DNA of 64,000 nt from Nitrospinales bacterium (GTDB taxonomy: Bacteria > Nitrospinota > Nitrospinia > Nitrospinales > VA-1), in NCBI GenBank assembly GCA_965223795.1, contig CBDCXL010000002.1, positions 1,824,001 to 1,888,000 of the forward strand. The letters run 5' to 3'. Below, piece after piece: positions 48,234-59,716 of this stretch (position 1 is its first letter; each line of letters opens with the position of its first letter). The notes beneath the pieces were generated by a model that did no database searches, was not told the origin of the DNA, and saw nothing but the letters and a program-made list of their open reading frames with translations. A program made the position numbers and the translations under genes.

Positions 48234-49424
48234 ATGGCAAAAGAAAAGTTTGTCCGGGATAAACCTCACTTAAACGTTGGCACGATCGGCCACGTCGACC
48301 ATGGGAAGACCACATTGACCGCCGCGATCACTGAGGTTCTGGCTAAAAAAGGGCTTGCGGATTACATTCCGTTCGATCAGATCGACAAGGCGCCTGAAGA
48401 AAAAGAGCGCGGCATCACGATCGCGATCGCCCATGTCGAGTACAAAACGGAAAACCGGCATTATGCGCATGTGGACTGCCCGGGGCATGCGGACTACGTC
48501 AAAAACATGATCACCGGCGCGGCGCAGATGGACGGCGCCATTCTCGTGTTGAGCGCATCCGACGGCCCGATGCCGCAGACGCGTGAGCACATCCTGCTGG
48601 CGCGCCAGGTGGGCGTTCCCAAGATCGTCGTTTTCATGAACAAGTGCGATATGGTCGACGATCCGGAGCTGCTGGACCTGGTCGAGCTGGAAGTGCGCGA
48701 GCTGCTCGACAAGTATGAATTCCCCGGCGATGAAATTCCGGTCATTCGCGGCTCGGCATTGCAGGCGCTGGAAAATCCGGAAGATGAGGAAAAGAACAAG
48801 TGCATCTTCGAGCTGATGGAAGCGCTCGACACCTATTTCCCGGTTCCCGAACGGCCGGTGGACAAGCCTTTTCTGATGCCGATCGAGGACATCTTCAGCA
48901 TCTCCGGGCGCGGCACCGTGGCCACGGGGCGCGTGGAGACGGGCATCATCAAGGTGGGAGAGGAAGTGGAGATCGTCGGCTTCCGCCCGACCACCAAAAC
49001 CACCGCAACCGGCGTGGAAATGTTCCGCAAGCTGCTCGATGAGGGGCAGGCCGGCGACAACGTCGGCATCCTTCTGCGCGGCACCAAGCGCGATGAGATC
49101 GAGCGCGGCCAGGTTCTCGCCAAGCCCGGTTCCATCACACCGCATAAAAAGTTCAAGGCGGAAGTGTATGTGTTGACTAAAGATGAAGGCGGCAGGCACA
49201 CGCCCTTTTTCAACGGCTACCGGCCGCAGTTTTATTTCAGGACCACCGATGTGACCGGCGTTTCGACCCTGCCCTCGGGCGTGGAGATGGTCATGCCCGG
49301 TGACAATGTTTCCATGCAGGTGGAACTCATCACCCCGGTTGCCATGGCGGAAGGGCTGCGATTCGCGATCCGCGAAGGCGGCCGTACGGTGGGCGCGGGC
49401 GTCGTGAACGAGATTGTTGAGTGA
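48234..49424 (+). CDS. tuf: Elongation factor Tu
   Basis: [26 protein letters not shown]. Confidence 0.99.
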   Translation: MAKEKFVRDKPHLNVGTIGHVDHGKTTLTAAITEVLAKKGLADYIPFDQIDKAPEEKERGITIAIAHVEYKTENRHYAHVDCPGHADYVKNMITGAAQMDGAILVLSASDGPMPQTREHILLARQVGVPKIVVFMNKCDMVDDPELLDLVELEVRELLDKYEFPGDEIPVIRGSALQALENPEDEEKNKCIFELMEALDTYFPVPERPVDKPFLMPIEDIFSISGRGTVATGRVETGIIKVGEEVEIVGFRPTTKTTATGVEMFRKLLDEGQAGDNVGILLRGTKRDEIERGQVLAKPGSITPHKKFKAEVYVLTKDEGGRHTPFFNGYRPQFYFRTTDVTGVSTLPSGVEMVMPGDNVSMQVELITPVAMAEGLRFAIREGGRTVGAGVVNEIVE

Positions 49425-49732
49425 TGACCGACCAGAAGATAAAAATTAAGTTGAAGGCGTATGATCACAAGCTTTTGGATTGGTCGGTCTCGGAAATTGT
49501 AGAAACGACCCGCCGTACCGGGGCGAAGGTGGTGGGGCCCATCCCGCTGCCAACCGTGAAAAACAAATGGACGGTCCTGCGTTCCCCGCATGTGGACAAA
49601 AAATCCAGAGAGCAGTTTGAAATCCGAACGCACAAGCGGATACTGGAAATTCTTGAGCCCACGCCGCAGACGGTGGATGCGTTGATGAAGCTGGATCTTT
49701 CCGGCGGCGTCGACATTGAGATCAAACTTTGA
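49424..49732 (+). CDS. rpsJ: 30S ribosomal protein S10 (NusE)
   Basis: [21 protein letters not shown]; start overlaps tuf stop. Confidence 0.99.
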   Translation: MTDQKIKIKLKAYDHKLLDWSVSEIVETTRRTGAKVVGPIPLPTVKNKWTVLRSPHVDKKSREQFEIRTHKRILEILEPTPQTVDALMKLDLSGGVDIEIKL

Positions 49733-49733
49733 T

Positions 49734-49755
49734 CCCGCGTGTTGCGGGTTTTTTT
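49734..49755 (+). terminator. Terminator/attenuator-like hairpin between rpsJ and rplC
   Basis: CCCGC-gtgtt-GCGGG followed by T7. Confidence 0.6.
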
Positions 49756-49769
49756 CGAGTCAGTGAGCG

Positions 49770-50399
49770 ATGAACGGTTTGTTGGGTAAAAAGGTCGGCA
49801 TGACGCAGGTCTTCTCCAAGGAGGGCGACTGCGTTCCCGTGACCGTGATCCAGGTGGAAAAATGCGTTCCCATTTTAAAGCGCACCCAGGAGAAGGACGG
49901 TTACGATGCGGTGCTCGTGGCTTATGGAGAACGCAAGGCCAAGCACACGAACAAGCCGCTCAAAGGGTTTTACGACAAGCTCAAAGCGGCTCCCGCAAAA
50001 AAACTCAAAGAGTTCCGCGGCTCGGAAATCGAAGACGATGCACTGGGCAATCCCATCAAGGTGGACATTTTCGGTGAAGGAGACCTCGTCAGCGTGATCG
50101 GTACCTCCAAGGGGCGCGGGTTCGCGGGCGTCATGAAGCGGTACAATTTTCGCGGGGCTCCCGGTTCCCGGGGCACGCACGAATCCTTCCGCGGCGGCGG
50201 TTCCGTCGGCATGCACACCTATCCGGGCCGGGTGCTCAAGGGAAAAAAGATGCCGGGCCGGATGGGCGGCGACACCGTGCATGTGAAAAACCTGAAGGTG
50301 GTCCGGGTGGACAGTGAGAACAACGTGCTCTTGATCCGGGGAGCGATCCCCGGAGCCAACGGGCAGCTGGTGGAAATCATCAAATCGAAGAAAGCCTGA
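49770..50399 (+). CDS. rplC: 50S ribosomal protein L3
   Basis: [24 protein letters not shown]. Confidence 0.99.
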   Translation: MNGLLGKKVGMTQVFSKEGDCVPVTVIQVEKCVPILKRTQEKDGYDAVLVAYGERKAKHTNKPLKGFYDKLKAAPAKKLKEFRGSEIEDDALGNPIKVDIFGEGDLVSVIGTSKGRGFAGVMKRYNFRGAPGSRGTHESFRGGGSVGMHTYPGRVLKGKKMPGRMGGDTVHVKNLKVVRVDSENNVLLIRGAIPGANGQLVEIIKSKKA

Positions 50400-50404
50400 G
50401 CGCC

Positions 50405-51031
50405 ATGCCAGAACTGGACCTGATAGATTCGAGCAACAAGAAAGTCGGAACCGTGGAAGCGGCGCCCGCGGTTTTCGATGTGAAGATCCGTGAAAATCTC
50501 GTGCAGCAATACGTTTCTCTGCAGCAGGCGACCCGCAGGCGGGGCACCGCAAGCACCAAGAGCAACAAGGGCGAGCTCAACGGCAGCGGCAAGAAACCCT
50601 GGCGGCAGAAAGGGACCGGGCGCGCCCGAGCGGGCAACACGCGGTCTCCAATCTGGCGCGGCGGCATGACCGTGTTCGGTCCGATGCCGAGGGACTACAG
50701 CTTCAAGATGTCCAAAAAGGCAAAAAAGCTGGCGTTGAAATCGGTGCTGACCGACCGCCTGCAGAATCAGATGCTGACCGTGGTCGATGAGCTCAAGCTC
50801 AGCGAGCCCAGGACCAAAGAAGCGGTCAAGCTTCTCGAGGGTCTCGATCTCAAGGGGAAGACCCTGTTTGTGGTGGACGGAAAAAACGACAACCTGGAGC
50901 TTGGCGTGCGCAACCTGCCCGATGCCAACGTGCTCAGGGTGGAAGGGCTCAACGTGTTCGACCTGCTCATGCATGAGAAGATCGTGTGCACGCCCGAAGC
51001 GATCAAGAAAATCGAAGAGAGGCTCTCCTGA
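50405..51031 (+). CDS. rplD: 50S ribosomal protein L4
   Basis: KPWRQKGTGRARAG. Confidence 0.99.
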   Translation: MPELDLIDSSNKKVGTVEAAPAVFDVKIRENLVQQYVSLQQATRRRGTASTKSNKGELNGSGKKPWRQKGTGRARAGNTRSPIWRGGMTVFGPMPRDYSFKMSKKAKKLALKSVLTDRLQNQMLTVVDELKLSEPRTKEAVKLLEGLDLKGKTLFVVDGKNDNLELGVRNLPDANVLRVEGLNVFDLLMHEKIVCTPEAIKKIEERLS

Positions 51032-51318
51032 TGGAAATTCACCGGGTGATCGAAAAACCGCTGGTCACGGAAAAGAGCACTGAAATGCTGCAGGAGGGCA
51101 ACTGGGTGTCGTTTCGCGTGAGCCTCAACGCGAACAAGATCCAGATCAAGGAAGCCATCGAAAAGCAGTTCAGCGTGACGGTGTTGAAGGTCAACACCGG
51201 GATCGTGCGGGGCAAGCGGCGGCGTTTCGGCCGCACCCTCGGCATCGGCAAAAACTGGAAAAAGGCGATGCTGCGTCTTAAAGACGGCGACAAAATCGAA
51301 ATTTTTGAAGGAGTGTGA
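51031..51318 (+). CDS. rplW: 50S ribosomal protein L23
   Basis: PLVTEKS, ANKIQIK, WKKA. Confidence 0.98.
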   Translation: MEIHRVIEKPLVTEKSTEMLQEGNWVSFRVSLNANKIQIKEAIEKQFSVTVLKVNTGIVRGKRRRFGRTLGIGKNWKKAMLRLKDGDKIEIFEGV

Positions 51319-51323
51319 CGGCT

Positions 51324-52154
51324 GTGCCCATTCGTAAGCTCAAACCCAGATCGCCGGGCTCCCGGTTTCGCACCATCTCCGGTTTCGATGAAGTCACCAA
51401 AACCGAGCCGGAAAAATCCCTGCTGGTTTCCATTTCCAAAAAGGGAGGCCGCAACAACAACGGCCGCATCACGGCGAAACGGCGCGGCGGCGGGCACAAG
51501 AAGCTCTACCGCAAAATCGATTTTAAAAGAAACAAGGACGGCATCGAAGCGAAAGTCGCGGGCGTCGAATACGATCCCAACCGTTCGGCCAACATCGCCC
51601 TTCTGGTTTACAGCGACGGCGAAAAGCGCTACATCCTCGCTCCCAGCAAGCTCAAAGTGGGGGACAAGCTGCAATCCGGCCCGGAAGCGGAAGTCCGGGT
51701 GGGCAACTGCCTGCCTTTGCAGAAGATTCCCGACGGAACGCTGGTGCACAATGTCGAGTTGCGGCCGGGCAAGGGCGGACAGCTGGGGCGCAGCGCCGGC
51801 AACTCGATCCAGTTGATGGCGAAGGAAGGCAAGCACGCCACGCTGAAACTTTCCTCCGGTGAAGTGCGGCTGGTGGAAGCGAAATGCCGGGCGACGGTGG
51901 GAACGGTGGGCAACGCCGATTATGAAAACATCTCCTGGGGCAAGGCAGGCCGCACCCGGTGGATGGGAATCCGGCCGCGGGTGCGGGCGGTGGCCATGAA
52001 TCCGGTGGACCACCCCATGGGCGGCGGCGAAGGCCGGTCCTCGGGCGGGCGGCATCCGTGCAGTCCCTGGGGGCAGATCGCCAAGGGGCTCAAGACCCGC
52101 AAAGTGAAAAAACCGTCCAACAAATACATTCTGGGCAAACGCAAAAAGAAATAA
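51324..52154 (+). CDS. rplB: 50S ribosomal protein L2
   Basis: [33 protein letters not shown] 51324 fits SD spacing. Confidence 0.99.
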   Translation: MPIRKLKPRSPGSRFRTISGFDEVTKTEPEKSLLVSISKKGGRNNNGRITAKRRGGGHKKLYRKIDFKRNKDGIEAKVAGVEYDPNRSANIALLVYSDGEKRYILAPSKLKVGDKLQSGPEAEVRVGNCLPLQKIPDGTLVHNVELRPGKGGQLGRSAGNSIQLMAKEGKHATLKLSSGEVRLVEAKCRATVGTVGNADYENISWGKAGRTRWMGIRPRVRAVAMNPVDHPMGGGEGRSSGGRHPCSPWGQIAKGLKTRKVKKPSNKYILGKRKKK

Positions 52155-52181
52155 CCTGTTTCACGACAGTGTAAGGAAACC

Positions 52182-52463
52182 ATGGCACGATCGCTAAAAA
52201 AAGGTCCCTTCGTCGACGATCATCTCCTCAAGCGGATCGAGGAGATGAACCGGCACAACAATAAAAAAATCGTCAAAACGTGGTCCCGCCGGTCCACGGT
52301 GATCCCGGACTTTGTCGGGCACACGCTGGCGGTTCACAACGGGAAAAAATTCATCCCCGTGTTCGTCACCGAAAACATGGTGGGGCACAAACTCGGGGAA
52401 TTTTCTCCCACGCGCACGTTCCGGTCGCATGGCGGCAAGACCAAAAAGGCCCCGGCCAAATAA
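52182..52463 (+). CDS. rpsS: 30S ribosomal protein S19
   Basis: [17 protein letters not shown]. Confidence 0.99.
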   Translation: MARSLKKGPFVDDHLLKRIEEMNRHNNKKIVKTWSRRSTVIPDFVGHTLAVHNGKKFIPVFVTENMVGHKLGEFSPTRTFRSHGGKTKKAPAK

Positions 52464-52486
52464 CCATTCGTCGAGGGTGATCGATT

Positions 52487-52837
52487 ATGGCTACTGAAGC
52501 GAAAGAAGTGAGAGCGGTGCTCCGGCACACGCGGACCGCCCCGCGCAAGGCGCGGCTGGTGGCCGACATGATCCGCGGCCGCAACGTGAACGATGCGATC
52601 AACATTCTCACGTTCACGCGCAAGCGCGCGGCGCGCAAACTGCAGAAGCTGTTGAAATCCGCCATCGCCAACGCGGAAGAGAACCACAAGGTGCTGGATG
52701 TGGATGATCTCATCGTCAAGCGGATCATGGTCGATGAAGGCGTGACCTGGAAACGTTCCCTGCCGCGCGCGCGCGGCATGGCCACGGCGATTCGCAAGCG
52801 GACCAGCAACATCACGCTGGTTCTGGAAGAAAAATAA
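52487..52837 (+). CDS. rplV: 50S ribosomal protein L22
   Basis: PRKARLVAD, SAIANAE, PRARG. Confidence 0.99.
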   Translation: MATEAKEVRAVLRHTRTAPRKARLVADMIRGRNVNDAINILTFTRKRAARKLQKLLKSAIANAEENHKVLDVDDLIVKRIMVDEGVTWKRSLPRARGMATAIRKRTSNITLVLEEK

Positions 52838-52852
52838 ACTCGGGAGAGCAAC

Positions 52853-53536
52853 GTGGGGCAGAAAGTACATCCATACGGATTCCGGCTCGGCTTCAATAAA
52901 ACGTGGACCTCTAACTGGTACGCCCGCAAGGACTATGCGGATTTTCTGGTGGAGGACATCAAGCTGAGAAATCACATCACTTCGTCCCTGTCGCACGCCG
53001 GGATTTCCAAGGTGGAGATCGAGCGCTCGGCAAACCGGGTCCGCATCAACATACACACCGCGCGTCCGGGCATCATCATCGGTAAAAAGGGTCTGGAAGT
53101 CGACAAGCTGAAGGAAGAGCTGCAGAAGGTGATGTCCGGAAAGCAGGTCAGCCTCAATATCAAAGAGGTGCGCCGGGGTGAGCTGGATGCGGCGCTGATC
53201 GCGCAGAACATCGCGCTGCAGCTGGAAAAACGCGTTTCTTTCCGCCGGGCGATGAAAAAAAGCGTCGTGTCGGCGCTTCGGTTCGGCGCGCAGGGGATCA
53301 AAATCCGCGTGTCGGGCAGGCTGGGCGGCGCGGAGATCGCGCGCAGCGAATGGTACCGGCAGGGCCGGGTGCCGCTGCACACACTGCGGGCGGACATCGA
53401 TTACGGCACGGCGCGGTCTAAAACCACCTTCGGAATCATCGGCGTGAAAGTGTGGGTGTACAAAGGCGACATTCTACCGGAGAAGGGGGAATCCGGTAAA
53501 ACGCCTTCCAAGGAAAACGAAGCGGAGGCGAGTTGA
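52853..53536 (+). CDS. rpsC: 30S ribosomal protein S3
   Basis: [25 protein letters not shown]. Confidence 0.99.
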   Translation: MGQKVHPYGFRLGFNKTWTSNWYARKDYADFLVEDIKLRNHITSSLSHAGISKVEIERSANRVRINIHTARPGIIIGKKGLEVDKLKEELQKVMSGKQVSLNIKEVRRGELDAALIAQNIALQLEKRVSFRRAMKKSVVSALRFGAQGIKIRVSGRLGGAEIARSEWYRQGRVPLHTLRADIDYGTARSKTTFGIIGVKVWVYKGDILPEKGESGKTPSKENEAEAS

Positions 53537-53610
53537 GCCTCAACCGCAGGAGCGCCGTGCGCGCTGCGAGAACTTTTTTAATATCTGTCTGAGCGTGGAG
53601 GGCCGGCATC

Positions 53611-54015
53611 ATGTTGATGCCCAAGAAAGTCAAATACAGAAAGCGTCACAAGGGCAAGATGCGCGGAACGGCGTTTCGCGGCGGAAACCTGAGCTTCGGT
53701 TCGTACGGCCTGCAGGCCTTAGAGTGCGGCTGGATCACCAACCGCCAGATCGAGGCGGCGCGTATCGCCATGACCCGCCATGTGAAGCGCGGCGGCAAGA
53801 TCTGGCTGCGCATCTTTCCGGACAAGCCGATTTCCAAAAAACCGGCTGAGACCCGCATGGGAAAAGGCAAGGGCAATCCCGAGTTCTGGGTCTGCGTGAT
53901 CAAGCCCGGACGGGTGCTTTACGAGATGGAAGGCGTGCCCGAGGACGTGGCGAAAGAGGCCTTCCGCCTGGCGGCGCACAAGCTGCCTCTCGGCACCAAA
54001 TTCATCACCAAGTGA
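53611..54015 (+). CDS. rplP: 50S ribosomal protein L16
   Basis: [15 protein letters not shown]. Confidence 0.99.
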   Translation: MLMPKKVKYRKRHKGKMRGTAFRGGNLSFGSYGLQALECGWITNRQIEAARIAMTRHVKRGGKIWLRIFPDKPISKKPAETRMGKGKGNPEFWVCVIKPGRVLYEMEGVPEDVAKEAFRLAAHKLPLGTKFITK

Positions 54016-54040
54016 TCAGCCGGGTCTAAGAGAGAACGAT

Positions 54041-54265
54041 ATGAAAGCCAGTGAAATCCGGGACCTCTCGGACAAGGAAAAAGAGGAAAAGGTGGCGGAC
54101 CTGCAGCAGGAGTACTTCAACCTGCAATTTCAGCTCGCCACCGGAAAGATCGAAAACCCGAGCCGGCTCAGGCTGATACGCAGGGACATCGCCCGGATCA
54201 AGACGGTCCAGAAGGAAATCGCGACCCAGGGTACGGCCGAGGAAAAAACGTCTTCGGGTTCCTGA
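54041..54265 (+). CDS. rpmC: 50S ribosomal protein L29
   Basis: FNLQFQ, IRRDIARIKT. Confidence 0.98.
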   Translation: MKASEIRDLSDKEKEEKVADLQQEYFNLQFQLATGKIENPSRLRLIRRDIARIKTVQKEIATQGTAEEKTSSGS

Positions 54266-54315
54266 GGGTCCACCGGCCGATGAGGTCAATTGAGTCAATG
54301 CTATAGGAGAGCCTG

Positions 54316-54597
54316 TTGGAAAGCACGCAGAAACGAAAAACGCTGACGGGAACGGTGATCAGCAACAAGATGGACAAAACGGTGGTGGTGGAAGTGCACA
54401 GGCGTTTCGCCCACCCCAAATTCAAGAAAGTGGTCACCTCGACATCGAAGTACATGGTTCACGACGAAAAGAACCAGTGCAACCCGGGTGATTTCATCAG
54501 CGTGTGCGAAACCCGGCCGCTCAGCAAACACAAGCGCTGGCGGCTGGTCGAGGTGCTTAAACCGGCCCTTCTGCCCGAGGCGGAGAGCGCGAAATGA
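54316..54597 (+). CDS. rpsQ: 30S ribosomal protein S17
   Basis: [24 protein letters not shown] start. Confidence 0.98.
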   Translation: MESTQKRKTLTGTVISNKMDKTVVVEVHRRFAHPKFKKVVTSTSKYMVHDEKNQCNPGDFISVCETRPLSKHKRWRLVEVLKPALLPEAESAK

Positions 54598-54962
54598 TTC
54601 AACTGAGAACCGTGCTGGACGTTGCGGACAATTCCGGCGCCAAAACCGTGCAATGCATCAAAGTGCTTGGGGGCTCGAGACGGCGCTACGCCCGTGTCGG
54701 CGACATCATCGTCGTGGCGCTCAAGGAAGTGGAACCGCACGGCACGCTCAAAAAGGGCGACGTCAAGAAAGCGGTGGTGGTGCGCACGCGCAAGGAGATT
54801 CGCAGGAGCGAGGGCAGCTACATCAAATTCGACACCAACGCCGCGGTGCTCATCAACGATGCCAAGGAGCCTTTGGGCACACGCATCTTCGGGCCGGTTG
54901 CGCGTGAGCTTCGGGCCAAGCGCTACATGAAAATCCTTTCCCTCGCCCCGGAGGTGTTGTGA
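54594..54962 (+). CDS. rplN: 50S ribosomal protein L14
   Basis: [19 protein letters not shown]. Confidence 0.99.
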   Translation: MIQLRTVLDVADNSGAKTVQCIKVLGGSRRRYARVGDIIVVALKEVEPHGTLKKGDVKKAVVVRTRKEIRRSEGSYIKFDTNAAVLINDAKEPLGTRIFGPVARELRAKRYMKILSLAPEVL

Positions 54963-55300
54963 TGGTGAGTGCGACCGGAAAAATCCGCCTTAAAAAAGAC
55001 GACATCGTCGAGGTCATCTCCGGCAGGGAGAAGGGCAAAAAGGGCAAGGTGCTTGCGATCCTGCCGGAAGAGGCCAGCGTGAAGGTGGAAAAGCTCAACA
55101 TGTATAAGCGGCACATGAAGGGCGACGGCAAGACTCGCCAGGCCGGGATCGTCGAGCAGGAAGGTAAAATTCACATTTCCAACGTGCTTCTGGTTTGCGA
55201 TAAATGCGGCAAGGGCGTGCGCACGAGACGCAAAACGCTGGAAGACGGAAAACGGGTCCGCACCTGTTCCAAGTGCGGGGAAGTGATCGATAAGGTTTGA
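54962..55300 (+). CDS. rplX: 50S ribosomal protein L24
   Basis: KOW motif [21 protein letters not shown]. Confidence 0.98.
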   Translation: MVSATGKIRLKKDDIVEVISGREKGKKGKVLAILPEEASVKVEKLNMYKRHMKGDGKTRQAGIVEQEGKIHISNVLLVCDKCGKGVRTRRKTLEDGKRVRTCSKCGEVIDKV

Positions 55301-55301
55301 C

Positions 55302-55841
55302 ATGGCCAATCTGAAGACCGCCTACAAAGAAAAATACCGGGACCTCATCCAGAAAGAGCTGGGCCTGGAAAACGTCATGCAGGTTCCGCGCATGGAAAAG
55401 ATCGTCGTCAACATGGGGCTCGGAGAGGCGCTGCAAAACGCGAAGCTGATCGATTCGGGAATCGATCAGCTCAGGATCATTACCGGGCAACAGCCGGTGG
55501 TCACCAAGGCGAAAAAATCCATCTCCAATTTCAAGCTCCGGGAGGGGGTGCCCATCGGGCTTCGGGTCACGCTTCGGGGCAATCGCATGTACGAATTCTT
55601 CGAACGTTTCGTGTCGTTCGCCCTGCCGCGGGTGCGCGACTTCAAAGGGCTTTCTCCCAAAGCGTTCGATGGACGCGGCAACTACACGGTGGGGCTTAAA
55701 GAGCAGTTGATTTTTCCCGAAATCAATTTCGATAAAATCGAAAAGATCAAGGGAATGAACATCACCATCTGCACAACCGCCAAAACGGATCAGGAAGGCA
55801 AAAGCCTCCTGACCCATATGGGTCTGCCTCTCAGGAAGTAG
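55302..55841 (+). CDS. rplE: 50S ribosomal protein L5
   Basis: [25 protein letters not shown]. Confidence 0.99.
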   Translation: MANLKTAYKEKYRDLIQKELGLENVMQVPRMEKIVVNMGLGEALQNAKLIDSGIDQLRIITGQQPVVTKAKKSISNFKLREGVPIGLRVTLRGNRMYEFFERFVSFALPRVRDFKGLSPKAFDGRGNYTVGLKEQLIFPEINFDKIEKIKGMNITICTTAKTDQEGKSLLTHMGLPLRK

Positions 55842-55862
55842 AGCTTAAGAGAAAGAGCAACC

Positions 55863-56048
55863 ATGGCCAAAAAATCTTTGATCGCCAAATCGCAACGGAA
55901 ACAGAAGTTCGAGGTGCGCGCTTACAACCGGTGCCGTGTCTGCGGACGGCCGCGCGGGTTTTTGCGTAAATTCGGCATGTGCCGGATCTGTTTTCGGGAG
56001 CGTGCGCTGCGCGGAGAAATCCCCGGCGTCACCAAAGCGAGCTGGTGA
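55863..56048 (+). CDS. rpsN: 30S ribosomal protein S14 type Z
   Basis: 61 aa, RCRVCGRPR...CRICFR. Confidence 0.98.
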   Translation: MAKKSLIAKSQRKQKFEVRAYNRCRVCGRPRGFLRKFGMCRICFRERALRGEIPGVTKASW

Positions 56049-56074
56049 TCTCTTTAATTTAACAGGAACTGTCT

Positions 56075-56470
56075 ATGTCGATGACCGATCCTATCGCGGA
56101 TCTTTTCACACGCATTCGAAACAGCCTTATGGTCCATCAGGATAAAGTGGACCTTCCCAATTCCAGGATAAAAACGCGGATTGCGGAAATTCTTAAGGAA
56201 GAAGGCTACATCAAAAACTTTCGCGTTTACGAGGACAACAAGCAGGGCGTTCTCAGGCTGTACCACAAATACAAAAACGACGATCCGGTCATTCAGGGAA
56301 TCAAAAGGGTCAGCCGGCCCGGCCGCCGCTCCTACGTGGGGCGGGATGAGGTTCCCAAAGTGTTGAACGGGCTTGGGACCGCAATCATATCGACCTCTTC
56401 CGGAGTGCTCACCGATCAGGAATGCCGCAAACAAGGCGTCGGCGGTGAAGTGATCGGTTATATCTGGTGA
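56075..56470 (+). CDS. rpsH: 30S ribosomal protein S8
   Basis: TDPIAD, SRPGRR, GGEVI. Confidence 0.99.
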   Translation: MSMTDPIADLFTRIRNSLMVHQDKVDLPNSRIKTRIAEILKEEGYIKNFRVYEDNKQGVLRLYHKYKNDDPVIQGIKRVSRPGRRSYVGRDEVPKVLNGLGTAIISTSSGVLTDQECRKQGVGGEVIGYIW

Positions 56471-56473
56471 CGT

Positions 56474-57025
56474 ATGTCTAGAATCGGAAAACTTCCCGTC
56501 AAAATACCTTCGGGAGTGGACTGCAAGTCCGAGGGTGCGTTGCTCAAGGTCAAGGGGCCGAAAGGGCAGCTTGAATTCAGCGTGCATCCCAACATGAAGC
56601 TGGAGTTTGCGGACGGCGAAATCCGCGTTGTCCGGCCGACCGACGGAAGAACGGACCGCTCTCTGCACGGGTTGACCCGCAGCCTGATCAACAACATGGT
56701 CACCGGCGTGTCGCAGGGTTTCTCCAAAGAGCTCAATGTGGTCGGCGTCGGCTACCGGGTCGAGCTCAAGGGAAAGAATCTGGTGCTCAACCTGGGCTAC
56801 TCGCATCCCATCGAGTTTCCCGCTCCAAAGGGCGTGGAGTTTGAAGTCGACAGTAAGAAAAATACCATCGTGGTCAAGGGGATCGACAAGCAGAAAGTCG
56901 GGCAGGCCGCCGCGGAGATCCGCGAGTTCAGGCCGCCGGAACCGTACAAGGGCAAGGGTGTGATGTATTCCACCGAACGGATACGCAGAAAGGCCGGCAA
57001 GGCCGCAGCAGGAGCCAAGACCTGA
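56474..57025 (+). CDS. rplF: 50S ribosomal protein L6
   Basis: SRIGKLP, PEPYKGKG. Confidence 0.99.
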   Translation: MSRIGKLPVKIPSGVDCKSEGALLKVKGPKGQLEFSVHPNMKLEFADGEIRVVRPTDGRTDRSLHGLTRSLINNMVTGVSQGFSKELNVVGVGYRVELKGKNLVLNLGYSHPIEFPAPKGVEFEVDSKKNTIVVKGIDKQKVGQAAAEIREFRPPEPYKGKGVMYSTERIRRKAGKAAAGAKT

Positions 57026-57027
57026 TC

Positions 57028-57393
57028 ATGAAACAAGTAGAACGACAGCGGTTGCGCGAGAGACGAAAAATCGGCGTGAAGCACAAGGTGCAGAACAACC
57101 CAGACCGGTTGCGGCTCACTGTGTTCAAAAGCATCAATCATATTTACGCCCAGATCATCGACGACAGGCAGGGCAAGACGCTCGCTTCCGCGTCCTCCCT
57201 TTCACCGGCGTTCAAGGAAAAAATGAAAACGGGGGGCAATGTCGAAGCGGCGAAGCTGGTGGGAAGCCTCATCGGAGAGCAGGCTTCCAAAAACGGCATC
57301 AAACAGGTTTATTACGACCGCAACGGTTTCAAATACACCGGCAGGGTCCGCGCACTGGCGGACGCGGTGCGGGAAAAGGGAGTGAAATTTTAA
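57028..57393 (+). CDS. rplR: 50S ribosomal protein L18
   Basis: [20 protein letters not shown]. Confidence 0.98.
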   Translation: MKQVERQRLRERRKIGVKHKVQNNPDRLRLTVFKSINHIYAQIIDDRQGKTLASASSLSPAFKEKMKTGGNVEAAKLVGSLIGEQASKNGIKQVYYDRNGFKYTGRVRALADAVREKGVKF

Positions 57394-57441
57394 TCGCAGC
57401 TGTTTTTGGGTTGCGCCGAAGGATGAGGACGGGAGGATTCC

Positions 57442-57951
57442 TTGCAAGACAGATACACAGACAACAAACAGGAACTGGTCGATAAAGTTGTCCGCATCAA
57501 CCGCGTGGCCAAAGTGGTCAAGGGCGGCCGCAGGTTCAGCTTCAGCGCACTGGTTGTGGTCGGCAACCGGGAAGGCGAAGTCGGCTGGGGTCTGGGCAAA
57601 GCCAACGAGGTTCCCGAGGCCATCCGCAAGGGCGTTGAAAAAGCTAAAAAGAACATGGTGCGGATCCGCTTGGACGGTTCCACCATTCCGCATGAGGTGA
57701 TCGGGGCCTACGGCGCCGGACGGGTGCTTTTGAAACCGGCCTCCCGCGGAACCGGGCTGATCGCCGGCGGCGCGGTGCGCGCGGTGCTGGAAGCGGTGGG
57801 GGTGCGGGATATCCTGACCAAATGCCTGCGCACCAACAATCCGCACAATGTGGTGAAAGCCACGATTCAGGGGTTGCAATCCCTTCACGATGCAAAACAG
57901 TTTTCCGCCATGCGCGGCAAAGCGGTTGAAGCGACTTCAGCGACGGAATGA
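57442..57951 (+). CDS. rpsE: 30S ribosomal protein S5
   Basis: [19 protein letters not shown] start after GGAGG. Confidence 0.99.
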   Translation: MQDRYTDNKQELVDKVVRINRVAKVVKGGRRFSFSALVVVGNREGEVGWGLGKANEVPEAIRKGVEKAKKNMVRIRLDGSTIPHEVIGAYGAGRVLLKPASRGTGLIAGGAVRAVLEAVGVRDILTKCLRTNNPHNVVKATIQGLQSLHDAKQFSAMRGKAVEATSATE

Positions 57952-57955
57952 AACG

Positions 57956-58396
57956 ATGATCACACTGTCCAATTTGAAGACGGCGCCGGGCGTGAAGAAA
58001 AACCGCAAGCGCATCGGGCGCGGCATCGGTTCAGGAACCGGCAAGACCTCCGGCAAAGGTCAGAAGGGCCAGAAAAGCCGGTCCGGAGGAAACCCGCATC
58101 CCTGGTTCGAGGGCGGGCAGATGCCCTTGCAGCGGCGGCTGCCGAAACGCGGATTCAACAATATCTTCAAGACGCATTACGAGATCGTGAATCTCGGCCA
58201 GCTTGACAAGGTTCCCAAGGATCAGCCGATCACTGCGGACGTGCTCAGAAAGCAGGGATTGATCCGCAAGACCGGCAAGGTGAAGATTCTGGGGCATGGG
58301 GAATGGACGCAGGCCGCGACGATCCATGCCGCGAAATTCAGCAAGTCCGCCTTGGAAAAAATCGAAAAGTCTGGAGGAAAGGCCGTAATCGAATAA
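57956..58396 (+). CDS. rplO: 50S ribosomal protein L15
   Basis: RIGRGIGSG, FEGGQMPL, RLPKRGF. Confidence 0.99.
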   Translation: MITLSNLKTAPGVKKNRKRIGRGIGSGTGKTSGKGQKGQKSRSGGNPHPWFEGGQMPLQRRLPKRGFNNIFKTHYEIVNLGQLDKVPKDQPITADVLRKQGLIRKTGKVKILGHGEWTQAATIHAAKFSKSALEKIEKSGGKAVIE

Positions 58397-59713
58397 ATGA
58401 GTGGCGCGCAAGCTTTTGGCAATATATTCAGAGTTCCCGAACTCAAGCGGAGAGTCTTGTTCACTCTGGGAATTCTCGTTGTCTACCGCATCGGCGCGCA
58501 CATTCCCACGCCCGGCATCGATTCGGAAGCGCTCGGCGAACTGTTCGCCATGGCGCAGGGGACGATTCTCGGTTTTTTCAATATGTTTTCAGGCGGGGCG
58601 CTGAGCCGTCTTTCCATCTTCGCCCTGGGCATCATGCCTTACATCAGCGCGTCCATCATTCTGCAGCTGATGACGATCGTTTCGCCCTATCTTGCGCGCC
58701 TGAAAAAAGAAGGTGAGCAGGGGCAGAAAAAGATCACGCAATACACGCGGTACGGAACCATCGGTCTCAGCCTGATTCAGGGATCGGGCATCGCGGTGGG
58801 ACTGGAAGCGATGCGCAGCCCGGCCGGCAGCCTGATCGTTCCGACACCGGGATGGTCGTTTCGAATGATGGCGGTGCTGACGCTCACCGCGGGCACGGCG
58901 TTTCTGATGTGGCTGGGCGAGCAGATCACGGAACGGGGTATCGGCAACGGCATCTCGCTCATCATCTTCGCCGGGATCGTCGCGGGAACTCCGGCGGCGA
59001 TCTTCCAGTCGATGGACCTCATGGGCACGGGCGAGTTGTCCGTCCTGGTGATGCTGATGCTGGTGGTGCTGATGATCGCGGTGGTGGGAGCGATCGTTTT
59101 CACGGAAGGCGGTCAGCGGAGGATTCCGATCCAGTATGCGAAGCGCATGGTCGGAAGGAAAATGTACGGAGGGCAGAGCACGCATCTGCCGCTCAAGGTC
59201 AACACTTCGGGCGTCATTCCTCCTATTTTCGCCTCGTCCATCATCATGTTTCCGGCGACGATCGCGCAGTTCATCAGCCATCCCTGGATGCAGACGGTGT
59301 CCGGCTGGCTGACACCGGGCACGATCATTTACAGCATGCTGTTTGTCGGCGCGATCTTTTTCTTTTGTTATTTTTACACGGCGGTCATCTTCAACCCGGT
59401 GGATGTCGCCGACAACATGAAAAAACACGGCGGCTACATACCGGGGATTCGCCCCGGAGCGAAGACCTCCGAGTACATCGATCAGATCCTTTCCAGGATC
59501 ACGTTTTACGGAGCGTGCTATCTTTCTTTGGTCTGCATATTGCCGGATTATTTGATAAAATACTTCAACATTCCATTTTACTTTGGTGGGACGAGCCTTT
59601 TGATCGTCGTCGGCGTGTCGCTGGACACCATGCAGCAGATCGAATCCCATCTCGTCATGAGAAATTACGATGGATTCGTCAAGAAGGGAAGATTGAAGGG
59701 CCGTCGAGGCTGA
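58397..59713 (+). CDS. secY: Preprotein translocase subunit SecY
   Basis: [31 protein letters not shown]. Confidence 0.99.
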   Translation: MSGAQAFGNIFRVPELKRRVLFTLGILVVYRIGAHIPTPGIDSEALGELFAMAQGTILGFFNMFSGGALSRLSIFALGIMPYISASIILQLMTIVSPYLARLKKEGEQGQKKITQYTRYGTIGLSLIQGSGIAVGLEAMRSPAGSLIVPTPGWSFRMMAVLTLTAGTAFLMWLGEQITERGIGNGISLIIFAGIVAGTPAAIFQSMDLMGTGELSVLVMLMLVVLMIAVVGAIVFTEGGQRRIPIQYAKRMVGRKMYGGQSTHLPLKVNTSGVIPPIFASSIIMFPATIAQFISHPWMQTVSGWLTPGTIIYSMLFVGAIFFFCYFYTAVIFNPVDVADNMKKHGGYIPGIRPGAKTSEYIDQILSRITFYGACYLSLVCILPDYLIKYFNIPFYFGGTSLLIVVGVSLDTMQQIESHLVMRNYDGFVKKGRLKGRRG

Positions 59714-59716
59714 TCC

